From: an uncultured Gemmatimonadales bacterium | GTDB lineage: Bacteria > Gemmatimonadota > Gemmatimonadetes > Longimicrobiales > RSA9 | NCBI GenBank assembly: GCA_963798845.1 | Contig: CAWCUS010000005.1 | Coordinates: 224,001 to 288,000, forward strand | Direction of reading: 5' to 3' | DNA length: 64,000 nt | Part shown: positions 56,084 through 64,000 of the stretch, one piece after another | Layout of the letters: each line of letters starts with the position of its first letter | Position numbering within the stretch: position 1 is the stretch's first letter | Made by a program: the position numbers and the translations under genes | Notes under the pieces: generated by a model | The model's input: the letters and a program-made list of their open reading frames with translations, nothing else | Told to the model about the DNA's origin: nothing | Databases searched by the model: none

Positions 56084-58642
56084 CTACTCCAGCAGCGCCG
56101 CCGCCCTGAACAGCGGGTCGGCCTCCTGCAGCAGCTTCCCCCGGAGCCGCGGCGGCAGGTCGGGGTGGGTGTCAATGAAATCGCGCACGATCCGCGCGGC
56201 CGCTGGCGAGCTGTGGCCGCCGAGGGTGGCGCCGAGCCAGCGACCCGGAAAGAAGATGTCGCCCGTGTCGTGGATCTCCTCAAGCATGACCAGGCTGGGC
56301 TCGATGTACCTGCGCGACGACTCGGCTCGCAGGGGATGGTGCAGGTAACGCAGCGCCGCCACCACCCATTCCTCGTGCGTGCGGTTGGCCGGCTCGGCCA
56401 GCGCCGCGAAGAAGCTGTCCCGGACCGCGGGGTCCGCCGAGACCGCGGGCATGATGAACTCGAAGCGGGCGCGCCGGTCCGGATTTTCGATCGCGTCGCG
56501 CTGGGCGCGCAGCACGTCGTCCCACCCCGGCGCCTCTCGCACGGCGAGGGCGAAGGCGAGGGCGCTCCGATCGTTGTCGGACAAGGAGAGGCCGGGGATG
56601 CTGTCGTCGCCACTCCAGAGCGCGTGCATGCGGGCCAGCGCTCCCGGGGAGAGGGCCATGGAGCGCCAGGCGTCCAGGTACGCGCCCTTCGCCGACGAGG
56701 TCGTCGCCTGTCGGATCCAGGACCAGAGCACCGGCTCGATGCGAGCCGCCCGCTCGGCGCGTGTGGCGGGGTCGGTGAAGCGCCAGAAGAGGGTCTCGAG
56801 GCCGTCGAGCGCCGCTTCCGCCAGCAGCTCGTCCTGGTCCGGAGCCGCGAGCGCGAGGGCGAGGTCGGTCATCGCCGCCGTCGAAACCTTCCCTTCCAGC
56901 ATCATCTCCCACAAGTCGATCCAGCCGGCCGCCCGGGCGACGACGTCCGGCACGTCCTGGAGCGACCGGACGAGAGAGTCCGCGGTGGCGGCATCCAGGA
57001 GGAAGAGGCCGTAACCGAGCCCGTCTCCGTTCGGCAGGATGGGCACGAGCGGCGGGCGCGAGGCGTCCTGGACCGGAACGGACGCCGTGGCGGCGTCCAT
57101 GGTCAGCGGATGGTCGTCCCAACGCTCTCCCTCGAGGGTGCGCACGGTGGTGTGCTGTGGCCAGACGAGGCCGCGCCCGCGAGGGTCCGCCTGGAGCAGC
57201 CCGACGGCGTCGCGCCCGCGCTCCACGGCGACGGTCGGACGGCCCGGCTCGTCGATCCAGACGCGACTCCACGCGCCCACATCGAGCGGTGTGACGTCGT
57301 CCAGGTCCGCGACCAGGTCGCTCCACGTGGCGTTTTCGTACTCGTGGGCCGCGAGATACCGTCGGAGTGCGCTGCGGAATGCGTCCTCGCCCGTGAGCCG
57401 CTCGAGCTGGCGCATGACGATGGGCGCCTTTTCGTAGATGATGTTGCCGTACAGGGAGCCGGCGTCGTCGAGGTTCTCCAGCGCCTGCCGGATCGGGTTC
57501 GCGCCCGGCGTCCGGTCGACGGCGTAGGCGGCCGGGTAGTGGGCCAGCAGGAATCGGAGCTCGTGGTTCACGTCCGGGAAGGACGGGTTCACGATCTTCG
57601 CGGCCATGAAATTGGCGAACACCTCCTTCATCCACACGTCGTCGAACCAGCGCATGGTGACCAGGTCCCCGAACCACATGTGCGCCGTCTCATGAGAGAT
57701 GGTGTTGGCGCGGCTCAGCTCCTGGTTGCGCGTGGCCGACTCATCGAGAAAGAGCGTGCTGGCCCGGTACAGGATGGCCCCCGGGTGCTCCATCCCGCTG
57801 TACTGGAACGATGGGATCGCCACGAAGTCGAACTTCCCGAACGGGTAGGGGATGCCCGTGTACGCCTCGAGCCACTTCAACGCCGCAGCATGGAGGTCGA
57901 AGAGCGCCTCGACGTTCCGCTCCACCTTGCCCGCGTCCGTCTCCCGGTGGAAGAGCCGCATCCGGCGTCCGTCCCGCACGGCCTCCTCCACCTGGAAACG
58001 ACCCGCCGCGAACGCGAACAGGTATGTCGGAAGCGGCTTCGTCTCGGCGAATCGATAGCGGACGACGCCCTCCGTCTCCGCCACGTCCGCCGCTTCGCCG
58101 TTCGCCACCGCCTTCCATTCCGACGGCACTGTCAGGGTGAGGCGCAGGGGCGCCTTGAGGTCGGGCTGGTCGAAGCAGGGGAAGGCCTCGTGGGCGCGGT
58201 CCGGGACGAAGAGGGTGTACAGGAAGTCGTCGCGCCGGTTCAGCGGCCCGTCCCCGGCCACGAAGTCCACGCGCACCTCATTCTCCCCCTCGACCAGCGG
58301 GCCAGCCGGAATGATGATGTGTCCGTTCTCGAAGCCAGCGCGGATGCCGGAATGGCCTACCCGAACCGCCCGGACGGTGGCCGTGTTGGCGAAGTCCAGA
58401 ATCACCGGCCCGCGCTCCTCCAGCCGGAATTTGATGACGACCTGGCCCTCCACGGCCGCGTCCCGACCGGCTGGGACCGACAGGTCGAGAGAGTAGCGGA
58501 TGGCGGACAGCGTGGCGGCGCGATGCTCGGCCAGCTCGCGCGAGACCCCCGGCGCAGTCAGCGGGTTCCCCATGAGTCCGGGCGACACGGCAGCCACCAG
58601 GAAGGCGAGCGCCAGCAGGGGCGCGTGTGTGACTGGAGACAT
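56084..58642 (-). CDS. M1-family aminopeptidase
   Basis: FPCFDQPDLKA, GMEHPG, HETAHMWFGDLVTM.WFDDVWMKE, IIYEKA. Signal-peptide-like N-terminus. Confidence 0.94.
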   Translation of the reverse strand: MSPVTHAPLLALAFLVAAVSPGLMGNPLTAPGVSRELAEHRAATLSAIRYSLDLSVPAGRDAAVEGQVVIKFRLEERGPVILDFANTATVRAVRVGHSGIRAGFENGHIIIPAGPLVEGENEVRVDFVAGDGPLNRRDDFLYTLFVPDRAHEAFPCFDQPDLKAPLRLTLTVPSEWKAVANGEAADVAETEGVVRYRFAETKPLPTYLFAFAAGRFQVEEAVRDGRRMRLFHRETDAGKVERNVEALFDLHAAALKWLEAYTGIPYPFGKFDFVAIPSFQYSGMEHPGAILYRASTLFLDESATRNQELSRANTISHETAHMWFGDLVTMRWFDDVWMKEVFANFMAAKIVNPSFPDVNHELRFLLAHYPAAYAVDRTPGANPIRQALENLDDAGSLYGNIIYEKAPIVMRQLERLTGEDAFRSALRRYLAAHEYENATWSDLVADLDDVTPLDVGAWSRVWIDEPGRPTVAVERGRDAVGLLQADPRGRGLVWPQHTTVRTLEGERWDDHPLTMDAATASVPVQDASRPPLVPILPNGDGLGYGLFLLDAATADSLVRSLQDVPDVVARAAGWIDLWEMMLEGKVSTAAMTDLALALAAPDQDELLAEAALDGLETLFWRFTDPATRAERAARIEPVLWSWIRQATTSSAKGAYLDAWRSMALSPGALARMHALWSGDDSIPGLSLSDNDRSALAFALAVREAPGWDDVLRAQRDAIENPDRRARFEFIMPAVSADPAVRDSFFAALAEPANRTHEEWVVAALRYLHHPLRAESSRRYIEPSLVMLEEIHDTGDIFFPGRWLGATLGGHSSPAAARIVRDFIDTHPDLPPRLRGKLLQEADPLFRAAALLE

Positions 58643-58756
58643 GATCGTGTGGGCGGAATCCGCGCAGGGCGGCGGGCGCGACCGGGCGCCCGTCATCCCG
58701 CGCTTCCGGTTTCCTCCTTCCGCTGGAAGGGCCGGGGGGCGCCGGAGTATTCGGCG

Positions 58757-59182
58757 CTAGACCAGCCGGGCCTGGACCGTGATCTCGGGACCCGTGAGCG
58801 CCTGAGAGACCGGGCACCCTTTCTTGGCGGCTTCCGCCTTCTCCTGGAACTCGTCCTCGCCGATGCCGGGGACTTCCACCTCCGTCTCGAGCAGGATCCG
58901 GTTGATCCGGAAGCCGGCGTCCCCCTTCACCAGGCTCACTTTCGCGGTGGTGGCGACACGCTTCGGCTCGTAGCCGGCGCGACCGAGCTCCCCCGCGAAC
59001 GCCATGGAGAAACAGCCCGCGTGCGCTGCGGCGATCAGCTCCTCCGGGTTCGTCCCCTCCCCTTCCTCGAAGCGGGATTGGTAGGAGTACGCGCCGTCGA
59101 AGGCGCCTCCACCGAAGCGCATGTGCCCGGTCCCCTCTCTCAAGCTCCCGATCCACTCCGCCTTCGCGGTCCGTATGGCCAT
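58757..59182 (-). CDS. osmC: OsmC peroxiredoxin
   Basis: SRFEEGEGTNPEELIAAAHAGCFSMA, AKKGCPVSQAL. GAGAGG RBS. Confidence 0.95.
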   Translation of the reverse strand: MAIRTAKAEWIGSLREGTGHMRFGGGAFDGAYSYQSRFEEGEGTNPEELIAAAHAGCFSMAFAGELGRAGYEPKRVATTAKVSLVKGDAGFRINRILLETEVEVPGIGEDEFQEKAEAAKKGCPVSQALTGPEITVQARLV

Positions 59183-59246
59183 GTCCTCTCTCCGTTCAGA
59201 TGTGTGGCCGGGCTGCCGCGGACCCTGCCGGCATCGCCCGGTCCGG

Positions 59247-60020
59247 TCAGAAGTTCTTGTCGCCCTGGAGCAGCCCACCCAGGAGATCGCCACCGAGGCC
59301 GCCGACGCCCTTCTTCTCGCCACGCTGCGTGGACCGGGCAGCCTGCATGACACGGTCCGCGAGGCGCGAGAAGGGGAGGCTCTGGAGGAAAACCGGCCCC
59401 GGCCCCGTCAGCTGTGCCAGGAACAACCCCTCGCCACCGAAGAGCGCGTTGCGCACCCCGCCGATGAACTGGATGTCATAATCGACGGATTCCGCCAGCG
59501 CCACCAGGCAACCCGTGTCCACCCGGAGCCGCTGCCCGCGCTCCAGGTCGCGGCGAACGACGGTGCCCCCCGCGTGCACGAACGCCATGCCGTCGCCGGT
59601 CAGACGCTGGAGAATGAAGCCCTCGCCGCCGAACATCCCGGCACCCAGGCGCTTCGTGAAAGCCACCTCGATCTCGATCCCCGCGGCGGCGCAGAGGAAG
59701 CCGTCGCGCTGGACCAGGATGGTGCCGCCGAACTCCTTCAGGTCGACAGGGATGATCTTGCCCGGGTAAGGCGCCGCGAAGGCGGCGACCGCCTTCCCCG
59801 TGCCCGTGTGCAGGAACGACGTGATGAAGAAGCTTTCGCCGGCGAACACCCGCTTCAGGCCCCTGAACACGCCGCCTCCCGTGGAGGTCTGGATCTCGAT
59901 ACCGTCCGTGACGTAGAGCATGGCGCCCGCCTCGGCCCGCACGGCCTCGCCGGGGTCCAGGGCCACCTCCACCAGCTGCATGTCGTCGCCCAGGATCCGG
60001 TAGTCGATCACGTCCGCCAT
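59247..60020 (-). CDS. AIM24 / TIGR00266 family protein
   Basis: GDDMQLVEVALDPGE..AEAGAM, FAAPYPGKI, GGEGFILQRL.GDG, LQSLPFSRLA. Confidence 0.93.
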   Translation of the reverse strand: MADVIDYRILGDDMQLVEVALDPGEAVRAEAGAMLYVTDGIEIQTSTGGGVFRGLKRVFAGESFFITSFLHTGTGKAVAAFAAPYPGKIIPVDLKEFGGTILVQRDGFLCAAAGIEIEVAFTKRLGAGMFGGEGFILQRLTGDGMAFVHAGGTVVRRDLERGQRLRVDTGCLVALAESVDYDIQFIGGVRNALFGGEGLFLAQLTGPGPVFLQSLPFSRLADRVMQAARSTQRGEKKGVGGLGGDLLGGLLQGDKNF

Positions 60021-60099
60021 GGCTGTCTCCCCGTCTCTCGTTTGGGTCAAGGGTGTGCCGTCGAGTCGGGAAAGTGATGGCAGGCGGAGGTGGCCGGCA

Positions 60100-61184
60100 A
60101 CCCCGGACCACGTTTCCATTTTCCGTTCTCCGGAGGATCAACGACCGGCGGTTCCGGCCTTCCCGGCAACTCAGCTCCGGGGTTGGTGCCTCACCCGGGC
60201 GACCGTCGCCGGGCTGACGTCGAAGAAGCGAGCGATGACACCCGTGCGGAATCCACGCTCGGCCGCCTTACCGATCAGGTCGCTGCGCAGTTTCGCGTGC
60301 GGCCGAGGCAACCACGACCCCCGCAGCCGGTCCACCGGTGCCGCCCCGCCGGCACCTGCCAGCTGAGTCGCGATGAAGTCACGCAGGTCCGGAAGCCGAG
60401 CGTACGGGTGCAGCCGGGACCAGGACGGATTCAGAGGGAAAGTCTGCGCCCAAACCGCGTCGCCCGCCGGGAACTGAGGAGTGGATTCCAGCGGGGGCGA
60501 CGGGACCCAGGCCTCTCCCGTGCAATGGCTTCTTCCCCTCATGCGCCGAAGAAGGAGGGTCATGTAGTTGAGACATAGCATATTGTCCGATTGCCCACTC
60601 TCGGTTGCGAACAACTCGAGGATGATCCGACGGACCCGGGGATCCACCCCGGGCACGAGGATGTCCGCGTCTGGCTGGTAGACAGCGTGCGTCGTCCAGC
60701 GGTAGAGGAGGTCGTCGCCACAAAGCCCGGCGCGCCAAGGGTTCAGGTGCGCGTACACCAGCGCCTCGCGAACATGCGCGGCGCTCGCGCACAGGCGATC
60801 GCGGTACCGGCGTTCCACGACACCGCCCTGGAAGCGATGATATCGCTGCACCAGAAGAGCCACTCTCCGGAGGAGAGGCTGCATGACGGCCGAAAGGTCC
60901 ATGACGCCCTGGCGAAGCAGGATGTGGAGGTGATTCGGCATCACCGTGTAGGCGACGAGGCGCGCGTCCGTCCTCGCCACCATTCCGGCGACGAGCCCCG
61001 CGATCTCGTCGCGAAGCGCCGGCACGTACCAGGGCTCTCCCCTGTGCGTGCGCGTAACCAGATGGAAGATCATCCCCGGTGCGTACGGCCGCTTGCGTCT
61101 TCCCATGCCCGAGCATGCTCCCGTCTCCGGGGCATCGCGATAGGCAGGTGCGCCAATCCGGAAAATGGAAACGTGGTCCGGGGT
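60100..61184. mobile_element. Y1 HUH transposase-like element bounded by perfect 26-bp inverted repeats
   Basis: ACCCCGGACCACGTTTCCATTTTCCG at 60100-60125 and its exact reverse complement at 61159-61184 flank a single gene. Confidence 0.8.
60171..61106 (-). CDS. IS200/RAYT-like Y1 transposase with C-terminal HTH
   Basis: FHLVTR, AYTVMPNHLHILL (HUH), RYRDRL, YAHLNPWRAGL (Tyr), YRWTTH, C-terminal IARFFDVSPATVARV. Confidence 0.85.
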   Translation of the reverse strand: MGRRKRPYAPGMIFHLVTRTHRGEPWYVPALRDEIAGLVAGMVARTDARLVAYTVMPNHLHILLRQGVMDLSAVMQPLLRRVALLVQRYHRFQGGVVERRYRDRLCASAAHVREALVYAHLNPWRAGLCGDDLLYRWTTHAVYQPDADILVPGVDPRVRRIILELFATESGQSDNMLCLNYMTLLLRRMRGRSHCTGEAWVPSPPLESTPQFPAGDAVWAQTFPLNPSWSRLHPYARLPDLRDFIATQLAGAGGAAPVDRLRGSWLPRPHAKLRSDLIGKAAERGFRTGVIARFFDVSPATVARVRHQPRS

Positions 61185-61209
61185 GGCGCGGGGTGGCGGG
61201 GTGGGGGGG

Positions 61210-61920
61210 TCAGGCCCACTCCCGGCGCGCACGCTCCAGGTCCTCGTGCGTCCCGATGTCGAACCATCGGGCGCCGGCCACGGTCCAGGGCGCGACACGC
61301 TCTCCGGCGGCCACGAGGCGCATGTAGGGGGTGAAGATGGAGAACTTCCCGCGCTCCTCGATGAGGGAGGGGAGCCGGGGCGAGACCACCGCGACGCCGA
61401 GGTAGTCGAGGCGGCGCTCGCTCCCCCGGGTCTCTCGGGCGCGGCGCTCGGAGCTGGCGTACGCGAATCCGACGAGGCCGTCGTCGTCGAAGATGAGGTA
61501 GCGGTCGCTCTCGGCAGGGCGGACGGCGAGGGTGGCCAGGTGCTCGGGCCGGTGAGCCCGCCAGAGTTGGCGGAGGTCGAGGTCCGTTAGGATGTCGGCG
61601 TTGTGGATGAGGATCGGGCGATCCCCGCGGAAATGGCGGGCCGCCTCGAGCAGCCCCCCGCCGGTCTCCAGCGGACCGTCGGGCTCCTCCGATACGCGCA
61701 CGTCGACGCCCCAGCCGTCGCGCTCCTCGATGTACGCGCGGATCCGGTCCGCGTGAGGCGACACGTTGACGACGATCCGGTCGGCCCCCGCGTCCACCAC
61801 CCGACGCGCGACGCGCTCCAGCACGGGCTCACCCCCGACATCGATGAGCGCTTTCGGGGTTTCGTACGTCAGCGGCCTCAGGCGCGTTCCGAGGCCTGCA
61901 GCCAGGATCATCGCATCCAC
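61210..61920 (-). CDS. Sugar-phosphate nucleotidyltransferase (MurU-like)
   Basis: AMILAAGLGTRLRPLT..TPKAL, LETGGGL, HNADIL, WFDIGT. Confidence 0.92.
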   Translation of the reverse strand: MDAMILAAGLGTRLRPLTYETPKALIDVGGEPVLERVARRVVDAGADRIVVNVSPHADRIRAYIEERDGWGVDVRVSEEPDGPLETGGGLLEAARHFRGDRPILIHNADILTDLDLRQLWRAHRPEHLATLAVRPAESDRYLIFDDDGLVGFAYASSERRARETRGSERRLDYLGVAVVSPRLPSLIEERGKFSIFTPYMRLVAAGERVAPWTVAGARWFDIGTHEDLERARREWA

Positions 61921-62012
61921 GCGCTCTTCCCTCCACGTACCCGCTGGCACGGTTGCTGAACCCCGGTCCGGTGGCACGGCGCGCGCACCCTCAGCTGAAC
62001 CCGGGACTCACT

Positions 62013-63650
62013 TTGATCGGAATCGTGCACGGCTACGGCCTCGGCGGAGCCGGGAGCAACCTGTGGACCCGAGAAGTCGTGTCCGCGCTGTGCGAGACCG
62101 GACACACGGTGCACCTGATGTGCCAGGAGCGCACGCCGGAAATGTTCCGGTTCGTCGCCGAGCTCTGGACGTACGACGACGGCGGACGTCCTCACCGCGT
62201 CCTCGCGCAAGAGCCGGAGACGCCGGGCCGCTGCATCGTCCACCGGCCGGCGCTGGCCATCCTCCCGACCTACGTCCGGCCCGACCGGCCGTCGGAGTAC
62301 GTGCGCTCGATTCTCGACCTGGACGATGACGCGCTGACCGACTACCTCGAACGCAACGTCCGCGCCCTCCGCCAGATCGTCGCCGCCAGCGGCGTGCGAG
62401 CCTGGCACGTCAACCACGCGATCCTGCTGTCGGAGGCGCTCCGCCGCGTGAAGGAGAGCGACGGCATCGCGTACGCGGTCATGCCTCACGGCAGCGCCCT
62501 CGAGTACGTGGTCCGCCACGACCCGCGCATGCAGGCCATGGCCCGGCGCGCTCTGGCCTCCGCCGACCACGTCTTCGCCCTCGGACCGGAGATCCGAGAG
62601 CGACTCCATCGCTTCTTCCCGGACCTCGACCTCGAAGCCCGCACCACCACCCTGCGCGTCGGCGTGGACACGGGGCGGTTCCGGCCGGTGCCGCGCGAAG
62701 CGCGTGGCGACAGCATCGATCGGCTCACCGCCGCCCTCCACGACGTCGCCCGAGGCCACCGGCCCGAGCACTCCGCGCGGCTTCGCGACGCCCTCTCGCG
62801 ACAGATCGGCGCGGCCGAGCCGACAGCGGAGCGCGACCCTCTTCGCTCGGCCCTCGAGACGCCGGCCCCCTACGAGACCGCCCACCCGGACGCAGAGATC
62901 GAAGAGCGGCTCAGACAGGTGCATTGGCAGCGGGAGAACGTGGTCATCTTCGTGGGCCGCATCATCCCCGCCAAGGGTGTGCAGGCCCTCGTCGCCGCGT
63001 TCCCGCTCATCCTCGAGCGCATGCCGCAGACCCGGCTCCTCCTGGTCGGTGCCGGGTGGCTCCGCGAGTACCTCGAGGCGTTCGTCCTCGCCCTCTCCGC
63101 GGCAGATGGCGCGCGCGCGCGCCGCGTCCTCACATGGGCCGCGGAACGCGCTCAGGAAGGCGCGCGCCCCTCAGGGACGGCCTTCCTCCAGCGGCTGGTC
63201 GACTCCGGCCGCTTCCGCGGGTACGTGAATGCTGCCCACCGCCATCTCGAGCCCGAGCGAGTGATCTTCACGGGCTATCTCGCGCACTCGCTTCTCGCCC
63301 ACGTCTTCCCCCTGGCCGACGCCGCCGTGTTCCCGTCCGCCGTCGCCGAGGCATCCCCTCTCGTGCTGCCCGAAGCCGCGGCCTGCGGCTGCTTCCCCAT
63401 GGGCACCGATTTCGCCGGAATGCGCGACTCCCTCGATGCCCTCGCCCCTCACGTCCCTCCCGTTCTGCGCCCCCTCCTTCGCCTCGACCCCGACCCCGCC
63501 CGCACCGCCGACGACATCGCCCACCACGTTCTCGCCCTCCTCCAGCACCGCGGCGACGCCGGCCCCGCCCTGCGCGACGCCGCCGTGGCGGAGTACGACT
63601 GGCGCCGGATCGCCGAGACACTGGCCGAAGAACTGGCCCGGCTGACCTAG
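62013..63650 (+). CDS. GT4-family glycosyltransferase
   Basis: HGYGLGGAGSNLW, VGVDTGRF, FVGRIIPAKG, E-x7-E (EASPLVLPE), YDWRRIA. TTG 62013 is preferred over 61953. Confidence 0.9.
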   Translation: MIGIVHGYGLGGAGSNLWTREVVSALCETGHTVHLMCQERTPEMFRFVAELWTYDDGGRPHRVLAQEPETPGRCIVHRPALAILPTYVRPDRPSEYVRSILDLDDDALTDYLERNVRALRQIVAASGVRAWHVNHAILLSEALRRVKESDGIAYAVMPHGSALEYVVRHDPRMQAMARRALASADHVFALGPEIRERLHRFFPDLDLEARTTTLRVGVDTGRFRPVPREARGDSIDRLTAALHDVARGHRPEHSARLRDALSRQIGAAEPTAERDPLRSALETPAPYETAHPDAEIEERLRQVHWQRENVVIFVGRIIPAKGVQALVAAFPLILERMPQTRLLLVGAGWLREYLEAFVLALSAADGARARRVLTWAAERAQEGARPSGTAFLQRLVDSGRFRGYVNAAHRHLEPERVIFTGYLAHSLLAHVFPLADAAVFPSAVAEASPLVLPEAAACGCFPMGTDFAGMRDSLDALAPHVPPVLRPLLRLDPDPARTADDIAHHVLALLQHRGDAGPALRDAAVAEYDWRRIAETLAEELARLT

Positions 63651-63751
63651 GAATGGCCCGCCATTCCGGCAGGATCCGGCACCGTCGGCCGCGTGTAGGG
63701 TGGCCGCCGACAACCCCACCGCAACGGAATCGGGAAATACCCTTCTTGCTT

Positions 63752-63769
63752 TTGTGATACTTTTCACAG
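63752..63769. promoter_or_regulatory. Rex-like operator
   Basis: TTGTGATACTTTTCACAG versus the Rex consensus TTGTGAA-N4-TTCACAA (2 mismatches), in an AT-rich intergenic patch. Confidence 0.65.
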
Positions 63770-63867
63770 ATTGTTCAGACGAGGGAGATGCCGGCAGGGG
63801 CGGCCGGGCTCCCGGAGCGCCGTACGGACGCGGCGATGGGACGTCCCGCCAAGGCCTGGAGACGGAG

Positions 63868-64000
63868 ATGCCAACGAAGAAGACGGTTCTGGTGATCGAT
63901 GACGACCGGGACTTCGCGGCATCGGTGAAATCGCTGCTGGAGAGCGAAGGATACGCGGTGGAGTGGGCGGAGTCCGGGAAGGCGGGGCTGCGCAGGCTCG
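63868..64000 (+). CDS. Response regulator receiver protein (partial, runs off the right edge)
   Basis: MPTKKTVLVIDDDRDFAASVKSLLESEGYAVEWAESGKAGL. GGAG RBS. Confidence 0.85.
   Translation, partial: MPTKKTVLVIDDDRDFAASVKSLLESEGYAVEWAESGKAGLRRL

Noticed and set aside
56165..59350. 1061-aa plus-strand ORF
   Set aside because: Antisense to the M1 peptidase and osmC.

Overview
Very GC-rich, densely coding bacterial chromosome segment. The gene mix (SusC/SusD pair, ADOP-type ABC permease, many lipoproteins) suggests Gemmatimonadota, but that is an inference. It holds about 47 CDS and one tRNA. From left to right: a FtsX-type ABC exporter running off the left edge; a minus-strand gltX / tRNA-Gln(CTG) / lexA-like / tadA / 2-hydroxyacid dehydrogenase / VOC run; a two-permease RND efflux system; MscS; a Met-rich lipoprotein; DUF72; marR-thioesterase-ung; TauE, CDF, OmpA and MOT-type genes; a giant cyclic beta-1,2-glucan synthase; MFS; SusCD; DUF134-NifX; a TolC/MFP/ABC operon with a sigma54 two-component system; a K+ channel; M1 peptidase; OsmC; AIM24; an HUH Y1 transposase-like gene between perfect 26-bp inverted repeats; a nucleotidyltransferase; GT4; and a partial response regulator. 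The most striking feature is a CCA-less tRNA-Gln under a near-consensus sigma70 promoter. Its discriminator base lies 2 nt from the ATG of a LexA that lacks the Ala-Gly scissile site, catalytic Ser and catalytic Lys, and the only Shine-Dalgarno for that gene lies inside the tRNA. Two single-base insertions (mscS, cgs) may be assembly errors. All calls are by eye, with no database searches. Start codons were refined manually and are less certain than stops.
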